A DNA stretch of 64,000 bases from an uncultured Pseudomonadota bacterium (GTDB taxonomy: Bacteria > Myxococcota_A > Polyangia > Fen-1088). Both the position numbers and the translations under genes were made by a program. Below, piece after piece: positions 19,407 to 29,762 of the stretch. The stretch covers positions 492,298-556,297 of the forward strand of contig CAVZYM010000004.1 of assembly GCA_963779495.1 (NCBI GenBank), given 5' to 3'. The notes under the pieces were generated by a model, which made no database searches, was not told where the DNA came from, and was given only the letters and a program-made list of their open reading frames with translations. The number at the start of each line of letters is the position of its first letter. The stretch's first letter is position 1.

Positions 19407-20272
19407 GGGGTGTCCCTATTTCAGCCAGAGCCACGCGCAGGCGACCTGGGTGAGAGCGAGGTAGTTCCGGGCGGTCTTCTCATAGCGGGTCGCGATCGCG
19501 CGAAATCGCTTCAGATTGTGGAAGAAGATCTCGACGAGGTAGCGCTGACGGTAGAGCGCTCGCGCGAGCCGGTGCTTCTTCTTCCGCTCAGGTCTCGAAT
19601 GAATGACGGGCTTCATTCCCTTCGCACGGATAGCTGCGAAAAAGGGGGCCGAGTCGTATCCGGTGTCGCCGATGAGAGCGCGACCGCGAGCATGCGTAAG
19701 TAGCTCGTTAGCGGCGACCATCTCGTGACGCTGTCCCGGCGTCAGCGCGATGTGGATCGGCCGCGCCTTCGTGTCGACGATGGCGTGGAGCTTGGTCGAA
19801 AAACCTCCCCGAGAGCGGCCCAGAGCATTTCGTAAGACCCCCCTTTTCCGCCCGACGCATCTTGGTGTGCGCGAACGACGGAGCCATCAACTATCGAGCC
19901 GGTCTCATCGACCTCAAGCTGCAGCTCGCGAAAGATCGTCGCCCAATGTCCCTTCCGCGCCCAGTTCGCGAACCGGTTGTAGACGCTCTTCCACGGCCCA
20001 AATCGCTCGGGTAGATCGCGCCAGGGCATTCCCGTCTTTGCCCGGAAAAGGACAGCCTCGATGAAGAGGCGATCTCCGCGGCTCGCCTTAGGTCCCGTAC
20101 TTTGCTTCGGCAGCAGTGGCTGCAGCCGAGCCCACTGCGCTTCGGTCAACGCGTGTCGGTGCATGCAGATCTTTGATCACACCGACGATCGCCGCACAAC
20201 CTTCAAATGCGGCCATCGGCCAAGTGATCGAAATGATCCGACTTTCCGATCGCGCTAAATAGGGACAGCCCC
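19406..20272 (-). mobile_element. IS5-family (IS427-like) insertion sequence, about 867 bp
   Basis: Terminal IRs GGG(G/C)TGTCCCTATTT with 1 mismatch; CTAG at both ends (TA or CTAG target duplication); two overlapping transposase ORFs; less GC-rich than flanks. Confidence 0.93.
19416..20164 (-). CDS. IS5-family transposase OrfA/OrfB joined by probable -1 frameshift
   Basis: OrfA LTEAQW...RAKTGMPWRDLPERFGPWKSVYNRF..W...DGSVVRAHQ; OrfB GRSRGGFSTKLH...DTGYDS...YRQRYLVEIFF..LKRFRAIATRYEK; AAAAGGGGGG at 19847-19838. Confidence 0.9.
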
Positions 20273-20290
20273 TAGCCGCTCCCGCGCGCG

Positions 20291-21814
20291 CTATTTGCCG
20301 CAGACGTTCAGCGACTGTTCCAGCCGGTGCTTGAGCGCCGGGTTGTGGCGGCCGAAGTGGTCGAAGTAGCCGCCGAAACCGAGCAGCAGTCCGGTGACCA
20401 GCGTGAGCAGCGCCAGGGCGACGTAGCCGGCGCGCGCGGCGAGCCGTCCAGCGCGGCTGGTCGGGAGCGCGAGCAGCCACCAGCCGCTGAGGATCGCCAT
20501 CAGCGTCGCGGCGGAGGCGAAGTCGAGCTCGTAACGCATCGTCGCCCCGGAGACCAGCAGCGGAGGCGCGGCGCCGCCCAGCAGATAGAGCGCGAGCGCG
20601 CCCCATAGCCAGCGCCATGCCCAGCGCGGCTCGACGTCCCGGCTGGCGTCCGCGGCGGCGATGGCGCGCCGGCGCACCACGGCCATCACGACGCCCGCGG
20701 CCAGCAGCGCCACGAACAGCGCCCCCGTGACGAGGCCGATCGTCGGCTCGTCGGCGCGGTAGTCGGTGGGAAAGCGCAGCCAGGAGGGGGTGAGCGCGCG
20801 GGTCGTGTTCCAGCGGGTGAAAAGGAAAGGGAAGCCGCACCCGTGCGAGGGCGGGAGGAACAGGTAGGCGTAGAGGTTGGGGATGACGAAACGCAGCCCG
20901 GCGCCCAGCGGATTGCCGAGCTGGTAGCGGGCGCCGAAGCTGCTCCAGCTGTCGTAGCGGAGGTGGTTGAGGACGAAGTGTCCGACGGTCATGACGACCG
21001 CCGGCGCGGCCGCGGCGGGCAGCAGCGTTCGCAGACGCGCGCCGGTGGCCCCGTCGCGACGCCAGCGCGCGAACGTGGTCCACAGCACCAGCAGCACCAT
21101 CGTGGGCAGCAGGCTCGCGCGCGAGCCGGCCGCCAGCCCCAGGCAGAGGCTGGCGCCGGCGAGCCAGCGATCGGCGCTCCGGACCTCCGTGGCCAGCAGG
21201 CCGCGCCACCCGAGATAGAGCGCGCTCACCATGAAACAGATGCCGGCGGCGATCGCGACCTCGTAGACGGCGCCGCGGTTCAGCGTGTACGGGGTGGGGT
21301 GGGCCAGCGCGAACACGGCGATCGCCAGACCGACGGCCCAGCGGGGCGGCGCTGTCGTCGCCGCTGCCTGGGGCCGGGCCAGGGCCCGAATGAGCAGCGT
21401 GCCGGCGAACAGCCGTCCGACGAAGAACCAGAACGTGAGCACGTCGTCGCCGACGGCGTGGGGGATCCGGAACAGCGTCTTGAACGCCGCCAGCAGCAGG
21501 CCGGGGACCAGCCCCCAGTAGAGGTAGAAGTGACCCTTGTAGTAGGTGTGGTCCCAGCGCCAGAGGCGCATGTTGGCCGGGTTGTACGGATCCGGTAGCG
21601 CTTGCAGGGCCTTCGACGGGACCTCGGGCAGGTAGAGGTGTCCGTTCCGGAGCCCCTCGGCCTGGGCATCGTAGAGCGCGGACCAGCTGAACCAACTCGT
21701 CGCGTGACCGGCACCGACGACGAAGCCGTAATACGCGACGATGATTGCCAGTCCGCAAGCAAGCGGAACCGCACGCCGAATCACCGCGATTCGACTTTCC
21801 TTCACGCGCGTCAT
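20291..21814 (-). CDS. polytopic membrane protein, GT-C-like glycosyltransferase (paralog B)
   Basis: QAEGLRNGHL...WDHTYYKGHFYLYWG, VYEVAI, CGFPF, TMRYELD, HNPAL...C. Confidence 0.7.
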   Translation of the reverse strand: MTRVKESRIAVIRRAVPLACGLAIIVAYYGFVVGAGHATSWFSWSALYDAQAEGLRNGHLYLPEVPSKALQALPDPYNPANMRLWRWDHTYYKGHFYLYWGLVPGLLLAAFKTLFRIPHAVGDDVLTFWFFVGRLFAGTLLIRALARPQAAATTAPPRWAVGLAIAVFALAHPTPYTLNRGAVYEVAIAAGICFMVSALYLGWRGLLATEVRSADRWLAGASLCLGLAAGSRASLLPTMVLLVLWTTFARWRRDGATGARLRTLLPAAAAPAVVMTVGHFVLNHLRYDSWSSFGARYQLGNPLGAGLRFVIPNLYAYLFLPPSHGCGFPFLFTRWNTTRALTPSWLRFPTDYRADEPTIGLVTGALFVALLAAGVVMAVVRRRAIAAADASRDVEPRWAWRWLWGALALYLLGGAAPPLLVSGATMRYELDFASAATLMAILSGWWLLALPTSRAGRLAARAGYVALALLTLVTGLLLGFGGYFDHFGRHNPALKHRLEQSLNVCGK

Positions 21815-21850
21815 TTGCCAGACTTAGGCACTTTTTCCCAGGGGAAATGC

Positions 21851-22573
21851 ATGTCCAACATACCTTCTCTCGACCGGATCAAGATCTTTGCCGACGGCGC
21901 GTCGTTGCCGTCGATGCTCGAAGCGGCGCGCGATCCCAAGATCGCCGGGCTCACCACCAACCCGACGCTGATGCGCAAGGCGGGGATCAGTGACTACCGC
22001 GCCTTCGCGAAGGAGGTCCTGGCCGTCATAAAAGACAAGCCGATCTCCTTCGAGGTCTTCGCCGACGAGTTCCCCGAGATGCAGCGGCAGGCGCGCGAGA
22101 TCGCGACCTGGGGCGACAACGTCTACGTCAAGATCCCCATCACCAACACCAAGCGCGCCTCGGCGGCGCCGCTGGTGAAAGAGCTGGCCGGGGCGGGCGT
22201 GAAGCTGAACGTCACCGCGATCTGCACGCTGGACCAGGTGCGCGAGACCGCTGCCGCGCTGAAGGGCGGGGCGCCGTCGGTGGTCTCGGTGTTCGCCGGG
22301 CGCATCGCCGACACCGGCCGCGATCCGGTGCCCTTGATGAAGGAGGCGCTCGGCATCTGCCGCGCGGCCGGCGCCGGCATCGAGCTGCTCTGGGCGAGCC
22401 CGCGCGAGCTGCTCAACATCATCCAGGCGGCCGAGGTCGGCTGCGACATCATCACCGTCACGCCCGATCTGCTCAAGAAGCTGGAGCTGGTCGGCAAGGA
22501 TCTGGCCGAGTTCAGCCTGGATACCGTCCAGATGTTCTATCGCGACGCGCAGGCGGCGGGGTTCAAGCTGTGA
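21851..22573 (+). CDS. short-type transaldolase embedded in the sugar-nucleotide locus
   Basis: IFADGA, TTNPTLM, YVKIP Schiff-base Lys, NVTA, SVFAGRIADTG, LLWASPRE. Confidence 0.92.
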   Translation: MSNIPSLDRIKIFADGASLPSMLEAARDPKIAGLTTNPTLMRKAGISDYRAFAKEVLAVIKDKPISFEVFADEFPEMQRQAREIATWGDNVYVKIPITNTKRASAAPLVKELAGAGVKLNVTAICTLDQVRETAAALKGGAPSVVSVFAGRIADTGRDPVPLMKEALGICRAAGAGIELLWASPRELLNIIQAAEVGCDIITVTPDLLKKLELVGKDLAEFSLDTVQMFYRDAQAAGFKL

Positions 22574-23184
22574 GCGCCGCCGACGGGCGCGCCTTCGTCG
22601 ATCAGTACCTGCAGGAGACGCTGCGGGCGGTCAAGGAGATGGACACGGCCGCCATCGACGGGGTCGCCACCGGCCTGGCGCGCGTCCGGGACGCGGGCGG
22701 CCGGCTGTTCATCCTCGGCGTCGGCGGCTCGGCCGGGCACGCCAGCCACGCCGTCAACGACTTCCGCAAGATCTGCGGCTTCGAGGCCTACTCCCCGACC
22801 GACAACGTCTCGGAGCTGACCGCGCGGGTGAACGACGAAGGCTGGGAGACGAGCTTCTCCGAGTGGATGAAGGTGTCGCGGGTGAGCGGTCGCGACGCGC
22901 TGCTGATCTTTTCGGTCGGCGGTGGCAATCGCGAAAAGAACGTCTCTCCCAACCTGGTTCGGGCGCTCGAGATCGCGCAGCAGGTGAAGGCGGCGGTCTT
23001 TGGCATCGTCGGCAAGGACGGCGGCGCGACGAAGCTCGCCTCCGAGGCCTGCGTCGTCATCCCGACCGTCTCGCCCGATCGGATCACGCCCCACACCGAG
23101 GGGCTCTGCGCCGTCGTCTGGCACCTCCTGGTCAGCCACCCTGCGCTCAAGCAGAAGGCGACCAAATGGGAATCGACCAAGTAG
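22570..23184 (+). CDS. SIS-domain phosphosugar isomerase (GmhA/LmbN-like)
   Basis: GVGGSAGHASHAVNDF, SELTARVNDEG, SVGGG, TPHTE; GTGA overlap with transaldolase. Confidence 0.88.
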   Translation: MSAADGRAFVDQYLQETLRAVKEMDTAAIDGVATGLARVRDAGGRLFILGVGGSAGHASHAVNDFRKICGFEAYSPTDNVSELTARVNDEGWETSFSEWMKVSRVSGRDALLIFSVGGGNREKNVSPNLVRALEIAQQVKAAVFGIVGKDGGATKLASEACVVIPTVSPDRITPHTEGLCAVVWHLLVSHPALKQKATKWESTK

Positions 23185-23237
23185 GCGTCGACCGCCCACG
23201 CGGCAGCTCACGCGACCGCGTACGGATGTAAGCTGCC

Positions 23238-25477
23238 GTGGTGCGCGGGGTGGTGGCAGCGGTGAGCGTCTGTTGGCTCGCCTGCTCGCACCGCCCCCTG
23301 GACCGGCCCGACGGCGCCGCATCGGGCGACGCCGCCGACGATACGGGCGGGGGGCAGAGCGCTCAGCCGCCGGTGATCCCGATCGGCTACGGCGCCCTGC
23401 GCGCGTGGGATCGCTGGCCGGTGCTCCGGCTCGGGATGCGGAGCTACATGCGCAGCACCTACGATCGGCGCGGCGGCGACCCCGACGCCAGCCATTTCCT
23501 GCGCGAGGAGAGCGACGGAACCTTCACCACGCTCGATGTGGCGGGGAGCGGCTACCTCGCGTTCGTCCGCACCAACCACTGGCACGGCAGCCCCTGGCAC
23601 TACACGGTCGACGGAACCGATCACGTCGTGGCCGAGTCGAGCACCGCCGATCCCGACCACCCGGTCGAGGGCTCGATCTTCCTCCCCGCCGCCGCCTTCC
23701 CGTCGCCGCTGGCGCTGACCTGGTCGACGACCAAGGGGGCGGATCTCTCCTGGGTGCCGATCGGGTTCGAGACCTCGATGCGCCTCGGGTACGAGCGGAC
23801 CCACTACGGCACCGGCTACTACATCTTCCAGCTCGTCGCGCCCGGCACGGCGGTCTCCGATCCGCCCGCCACCTGGACCCCCGCCCGACGCCGCCGCAGG
23901 ACGCGCGGGCGCTGCTCGGTCGGGCCGGCGATGACATCGCCCCGACCGGCGCGGGGGTCATCACCGCGACGGGCAGCGCCGACGTGACGGCGACGGCCGG
24001 GGCGGCGACCACCGTCACCACCTTGACCGGCGGCCCCGCGGCGCTGCGCGCCCTGCGGTTCGAGGTGGCGGCCGCCGACGCGGTCGCGTTCGGCCGCGCG
24101 CGCCTCCGGATCACCTGGGACGATCGCGAACAGCCATCGATCGACGCACCCGTCGCGCTGTTCTTCGGCGCGGGCACGCTCTACAACCGCGACAGCCGCG
24201 AGTACCTGGTGCGCGCGCTGCCGGTGAGCATCCGGTTCTCGGGCGAGCGGGTCACGCTGGCCGCCTACTTCCCGATGCCGTTTCAGAGCGGCGCCCGGAT
24301 CGAGCTGGTCTCGACCGGAACGGCGCTCCGGAACGTCGGCTGGCAGACCCGTACCGCCCCGTGGGACCTCCCCGCCAACCATGCGGGCTACTTCCACGCG
24401 ACCTACCGCGATCACCCGAGCCCGGCGCGCGGTCAGGATCTGGTGCTGCTCGACACCGCCACCGTCGAGGGGGGCGGTTCCTGGTGCGGCAGCTTCGTCG
24501 GCACGTCGTTCGTCTTCTCCGAGCGTGCCGAGCTCGGGACGCTGGAGGGGGACCCGCGGTTCTTCTTCGACGACAGTCAGACCCCGCAGGCGCAGGGGAC
24601 CGGCACCGAAGAATGGGGCGGCGGCGGCGACTACTGGGGCCGGGCCACGATGACGTTGCCGTTCGCGGGCCACCCGACCGGGGCCCCGGTGCCCGAGGAT
24701 ATCCGCGAGCCCGAGGACGGCATCGAGTCGGCCTATCGGTTCCTGCTCACCGACCTGTTCCCGTTCGGACGCAACGCCCGCATTCAGCTCGAGCACGGCG
24801 CCGAGAACCGCTCCGAGGAGCATTACCGGACCCTGGCGTTCTGGTACGGCCTGCCCGGCGCCTGTCTCGTTCCGACCGACAGCCTGCAGCTCGGCGACGC
24901 GGTCGACGAGGCAGCGCATGGCTACGACTCTCCTGACGCCTTGCCGGCGTCGAGCCTGACCAGCCGCTACGAGTGGGGCGTCGACCAGCTCGACGGCGTG
25001 GAGGTCTTCCCGGCCACGACCGATCAGGCGCGCACCACCACCGGTCCCACCGAGCTGACGCTGACGATCGATCCCGACAATGTCGGGGTCCTGCTCCGGA
25101 GGAAGCTCGACTACGCCATCGCCGATCAGCGCGCCGAGGTCTGGGTGGCCGACGCCGATGCCGAGGGCGCGCCGCGCTTCGAACGCGCGGGGCTCTGGTA
25201 CCTCGCGGGCGCGAACCGCTACCTGTTTTCGAATCCGCCCGGAGAGACCTCCGCGGCGACGCCGGTGGTGGAGACCTCCAACCGGCGGTTTCGCGACGAC
25301 GAGATGCTGCTCCCGCGGGTGCTGACCGCCGGTCGGCGACGCCTGCGGCTCCGCATCGTTCCGCTTCCCCTCGGCAAACCGCTGCGCCCGGGGGACGCGG
25401 CCACGGCCGACGCGGGCGCCTGGACCGCCTTTCGCTACGATGCCTACGTCTGGAAGCTTCCCCCCGCGCCGCGGTGA
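23238..25477 (+). CDS. DUF2961 / GH172-like glycoside hydrolase lipoprotein (frameshift near 23890)
   Basis: LAC lipobox; STYDRRGG, RLRITWD...PSIDAP..FFG, YFPMPF, YFHA, EGDPRFF, GTGTEEW, SAYRF, EHG. Confidence 0.78.
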
Positions 25478-25498
25478 CGGCGCGCGGGGAGCCTCCCG

Positions 25499-27466
25499 TC
25501 ATTCGCGGGCGGCCAGATCCACGGCCACCAGGTGTCCGTCGTCGTAGAGCTTGCGCCGCGTCGCCGCGAGCTCGTCGACCGTCGTGAACGTCGCCAGGTA
25601 CGACGGCGCCGTGATCCGCCAGACCCGGAGCTTGCCGGTGAGCAGGCGCTGCCAGTGGGCGCGGTTGTAGATCTGGTCCCGCGCCTTGTCCGGGCGCACG
25701 AAGGCGAAGTAGCGGATCCGGTTCGCCAGCAGGTAGGCGGCGACCGGCTCGCCGCCGGCCGCCAGCGGGATGCCCGGCGGCGGGCTGCAGGCACCCGGCT
25801 GATCCAGGTGCGTGATCGAGTTGCGCGCATAGTCGAGCAGGTAGGGGCGTTCGATCATGACCAGCAGGCGCTCGCCGGCGGGGACCGCCTGCTGCAGTCT
25901 CGCCACCACGTCCGCCTCCGCGCCCAGAGGGGTGATGTTGGGATCGCGTCCCGATAGTCGCTCGCGCGCGACGCCGACGTTGCGGTAGGTCGCGTCGAGC
26001 GCGCCGTGGAGCTGGAGCAGCAGCGCCGCCACGGTGACGCCGACGACGATAAAGTCGCGGCGGGACGGGGCGGTCGCGAGACGCTCGGCGGCGGCCAGGG
26101 CGATCGCGAGCGCGCAGGCCACGACGAAGGCGAAGCTATAACGCACGATCGTGTAAGCGCCGACGTCGGGGAGGCTGAGCGACACCAGGGCGAAGCCGAC
26201 GATCGTTCCGGCCCAGAGCCCGAGCAGCGCGCGGCGCTGGCCCCCCCGCATCAGGAGCGGCGCCGCCAGCAGGAGAAACGGCATCGTGCTCACCGGCTCG
26301 GGCCGGAACATCGCCTCGCGGTAGAGCGCGAACCGAGCCCCCCAGGTCGCGGGGGCGGTGATGCCGGCGTAGGTGCGATCGTAGTAGCCCGCGAAGATCG
26401 GGAACAGGAAGGTGTGGTTCGAGCGGAACGACAGCGCCATCCAGGGGAAGAGCGCCGCCCCGGTCAGCGCCGCCACCTGCCCGAAGCGGCGCAGCCGCGC
26501 CCGCAGGTCATCGGGGCCGCGGACGGCCAGCGCCAGCAGCATGATGCCGACGACCGCGATGTAATTCTGGCGCAGCGTGCAGGCCGCGGCGGCGGGGAGG
26601 GCGACGAGGAGCGCGCCGCGCCACTCTGCCTGCGCGTCGGTGAAGATGCGGGCGTCGGCGAATTCGATCGTCCGGTAGAGGATCAAGAACGCCACCACCC
26701 CCGACAGCTCGCTGGCGCTGTTCTGGCGGATCTCGGGCAGCGTCAGCACGACCGCGATCGTCAGAAGCCCGATGAGGCGCGCCCGGGGCGCGGCCCGCCG
26801 GATCGCCCCCCAGACCAGCGCCGTCGAGAGCAGCAGCCCCATCCCTTGATCGAAGCTCTGGATCTGGGCCTCGCTGGCGCAGAGGCGGGTCAGCGCCTGC
26901 AGATAGGACTGGCCGCCGTAGGCCGCCATGCGCCGGACATTGAACGGATCGAGCAGCGTCCCGGTCTGCTGGATCATCTTCGCGAACGGCAGGTAGGCGA
27001 TCCAGTCGTCGCTGGGGTTCGGGACCCCGAAGCCGGCCGAGCCGAGGTAGAGCAGCCCGCCGAGCGCGCCGAGCCCGAGCAGAAACGGCGTCTCCCAGCG
27101 GCGCACGACGCGCCAGAGGCCGTCGGGGGGCGGCGTCCGGGCGACCTCGGCGGCGGAAAGCGCGATCCCGCCGAAGGCCCAGACGATCAGGACCGGCCGG
27201 CGTGCCAGGCCGAGGAGGCAGAGCGCTCCGCCCACCGCGACCGTGAGCGCGAGGCCCCAGCCGGCGCGTAGGCCCCAGTCAGTCTCTTGCCGGGGCGCGA
27301 GCCGACGGCCGAGCCATCCGCCCCAGCCGCCGAAGGAGATCGCCAGCGCCAGCCCCCAGAGCGCCGTCGCCGCCAGCGGTCCGAGCGGTCGAGGTGCGAT
27401 GAAAGCCAGCGCGGGCGCGCAGAGCGCCGCGGCGAACAGGGCCGACAACGGGTGCACCGCGTGCAT
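25499..27466 (-). CDS. large polytopic membrane protein, probable GT-C-fold glycosyltransferase
   Basis: Many TM segments; NPSDDWIAYL acidic loop motif; periplasmic C-terminal domain; within glycan locus. Confidence 0.6.
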   Translation of the reverse strand: MHAVHPLSALFAAALCAPALAFIAPRPLGPLAATALWGLALAISFGGWGGWLGRRLAPRQETDWGLRAGWGLALTVAVGGALCLLGLARRPVLIVWAFGGIALSAAEVARTPPPDGLWRVVRRWETPFLLGLGALGGLLYLGSAGFGVPNPSDDWIAYLPFAKMIQQTGTLLDPFNVRRMAAYGGQSYLQALTRLCASEAQIQSFDQGMGLLLSTALVWGAIRRAAPRARLIGLLTIAVVLTLPEIRQNSASELSGVVAFLILYRTIEFADARIFTDAQAEWRGALLVALPAAAACTLRQNYIAVVGIMLLALAVRGPDDLRARLRRFGQVAALTGAALFPWMALSFRSNHTFLFPIFAGYYDRTYAGITAPATWGARFALYREAMFRPEPVSTMPFLLLAAPLLMRGGQRRALLGLWAGTIVGFALVSLSLPDVGAYTIVRYSFAFVVACALAIALAAAERLATAPSRRDFIVVGVTVAALLLQLHGALDATYRNVGVARERLSGRDPNITPLGAEADVVARLQQAVPAGERLLVMIERPYLLDYARNSITHLDQPGACSPPPGIPLAAGGEPVAAYLLANRIRYFAFVRPDKARDQIYNRAHWQRLLTGKLRVWRITAPSYLATFTTVDELAATRRKLYDDGHLVAVDLAARE

Positions 27467-27515
27467 CGAAGCGCTTGCAGCGTACCCCAGGTCGCATGGG
27501 TTAGTATGCGCCCCC

Positions 27516-28520
27516 GTGACGCATTCGATCGCTGGTCAACGCTTCATCATCGTGGGTGGCGCCGGGTTCATCGGCAGCCATTTCTGCGACCACCTGCTCG
27601 GCCCCGGACAGGCGGCGGCGGTTACCCTCTACGATAACTTTTCGTCAGGCCGCGAGTGGCACTACGCCCAGCACGCCAAGGACGCACGCCTGCGGGTGTT
27701 GCGCGGCGAGGTCGAGGACACGGCGGCGCTGGCCGCGGCGATGGACGGCCACGACGTCGTCATCCACCTGGCCTCCAACCCCGACATCGCCCGCGCCGCG
27801 CGCGAGCCGACGATCGACTTCACCCAGGGGACCGCGCTGACCAGCAGTGTCATCGAGGCCATGCGGACCACCAGCGCCAAGCGCATCCTGTACGCGTCCG
27901 GGAGCGGCGTCTACGGCGACCTCGGGACGCGGGAGGCCGAGGAGGACCACGGGCCGCTGCTGCCGGTCTCGACCTACGGCGCGAGCAAGCTGGCCGGCGA
28001 GGCGCTGATCGGGAGCTACGCGTTCATGTTCGGGCTCAGTGGCTGCGCCTTCCGCTTCGGCAACGTCGTCGGCCCGCGCCAGACCCACGGCGTCGGATTC
28101 GACTTCGCGCGCCGGCTGCTCGCCTCGGCGGCGTCGGGCGAGGATCCGATCACCCTGCGCATCCTCGGCGACGGGGCGCAGTCCAAGTCCTACGTCTACG
28201 TCGAGGACATCATCCGCGCCGTGCTGACCGCCCACGAAAAATCGGCGGCGCCGTTCGCGACCTTCAACGTCGCGACGGGCGACTACATCACCGTCACCGA
28301 GATCGCGGAGATCGCGGTCGCCTGCGTCGGCCTCCCGGCCGGCAAGGTGAAGTTCGAGTACACCGGCGGTGACCGGGGCTGGAAGGGAGACGTCCCGGTG
28401 GTGCGGCTCGACACCCGCCGGATCCAGGGGACGGGGTGGCGTTGCGGACACAGCTCGCGCCAGGCCCTTCAGCGGTCGATCACCGCGATGCTCCCCGACA
28501 TGAAAGCGGGGCGAATGTGA
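27516..28520 (+). CDS. NAD-dependent epimerase/dehydratase (extended SDR)
   Basis: GGAGFIGSH, YGASK, RFGNVVG, GDGAQSKSY, GWKGDVP. Confidence 0.92.
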   Translation: MTHSIAGQRFIIVGGAGFIGSHFCDHLLGPGQAAAVTLYDNFSSGREWHYAQHAKDARLRVLRGEVEDTAALAAAMDGHDVVIHLASNPDIARAAREPTIDFTQGTALTSSVIEAMRTTSAKRILYASGSGVYGDLGTREAEEDHGPLLPVSTYGASKLAGEALIGSYAFMFGLSGCAFRFGNVVGPRQTHGVGFDFARRLLASAASGEDPITLRILGDGAQSKSYVYVEDIIRAVLTAHEKSAAPFATFNVATGDYITVTEIAEIAVACVGLPAGKVKFEYTGGDRGWKGDVPVVRLDTRRIQGTGWRCGHSSRQALQRSITAMLPDMKAGRM

Positions 28521-29752
28521 GCGCCGTGCCCCAGCTGGTCCCCCCCGCCGATCCCGACGTCGAGCTGCTGCTCCCGGCGCAGGACGTCGCCGAGCCGGAG
28601 CTGTCGATCGTCATCCCGGCGCTGAACGAGGAGCTGACCATCACCGACTTCGTCGCCTGGTGCCACGCCGGCATGAAGGCCGCCGGGATCGTCGGCGAGA
28701 TCCTGATCGTCGACAGCGGCAAGGACCGCACCACCGAGCTGGCGCTGGCCGGTGGCGCGCGCGTGCTGCGGACCCCGAAGCGGGGCCTGGGGCGGGCCTA
28801 CATCGACGCGCTCCCCTACATCCGCGGCCGCTACGTCCTGATGGGGGACGCCGACTGCACCTACGACTTCCGCGAGCTGGCGCCGTTCGTCGAGAAGTTC
28901 CGGGGCGGGGCGGAGTTCGTCATGGGGTCGCGTTTCCGCGGCTACATCGAGCCCGGTTCGATGCCTCCCCTGCACCGGTATCTGGGGACGCCGGTGACGA
29001 CGTGGATCCTGAACGTGATCTTCGGCAGTCAGTTTTCCGACATCCACTGCGGGATGCGCGGCATCACCAAGGACGCGCTCGCGCGCATGGGTCTCCGCTC
29101 GCAGTCGTGGGAGTACGCCTCCGAGATGGTGCTCAAGTCGGTGCACATGGGGCTGCGGACCGAGGAGGTGCCGATTCGCTTCCTCAAGGACGTCGAGGGG
29201 CGGATGAGCCACCACAAGCGCTCGGGCTGGTTTTCGCCCTGGCAGGCGGCCTGGATCAACCTGCGCGCGATGTTCGTCTACGGCGCCAACTTCTTCCTCT
29301 ACAAGCCCGGCCTCTTGCTGCTGGCGCTGGGGTTGATGCTGACGCTGCCGCTCTCGTTGGGGCCGATCACGCTCGGGCCGATCACCTTCTCGCACCACTG
29401 GATGCTGCTGGGCGTGTCGCTGGCGGTGCTCGGGCTTCAGTGCGTCTACATGGGCGTGCTGTCGCAGGTCTTCTTCGACTACGGAGGGGCGATCACAAAG
29501 CGCTGGTTCGAGCGGTTCCCGTACACGCGCTCCGTCGCCGCGGCGGCGGGGCTGTTCTTCCTGGGGCTGGCGGCGTCGGCGACGATGGTCGCCATCTACA
29601 TCCAGAACCACTTTCGCCTGACGCTGAACAGCCCCTTCAGCTACCTGGGGGTCACCGGCCTGATGTTGATGATGGCCGGATTCATGACCTTCACGTTCAC
29701 GCTGCTGCTGCACTCGACCGCGGTGGTCGTGTGGCGTAGCCCGCAGCGCTGA
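28517..29752 (+). CDS. GT2 polyprenol-phosphate glycosyltransferase with C-terminal TM helices
   Basis: SIVIPALNEE, MGDADCTYD, GSRF, DIHCGMR, EYASEM; four C-terminal TM helices (DPM-synthase-like). Confidence 0.9.
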   Translation: MSAVPQLVPPADPDVELLLPAQDVAEPELSIVIPALNEELTITDFVAWCHAGMKAAGIVGEILIVDSGKDRTTELALAGGARVLRTPKRGLGRAYIDALPYIRGRYVLMGDADCTYDFRELAPFVEKFRGGAEFVMGSRFRGYIEPGSMPPLHRYLGTPVTTWILNVIFGSQFSDIHCGMRGITKDALARMGLRSQSWEYASEMVLKSVHMGLRTEEVPIRFLKDVEGRMSHHKRSGWFSPWQAAWINLRAMFVYGANFFLYKPGLLLLALGLMLTLPLSLGPITLGPITFSHHWMLLGVSLAVLGLQCVYMGVLSQVFFDYGGAITKRWFERFPYTRSVAAAAGLFFLGLAASATMVAIYIQNHFRLTLNSPFSYLGVTGLMLMMAGFMTFTFTLLLHSTAVVVWRSPQR

Positions 29753-29762
29753 GCCATTGGGG

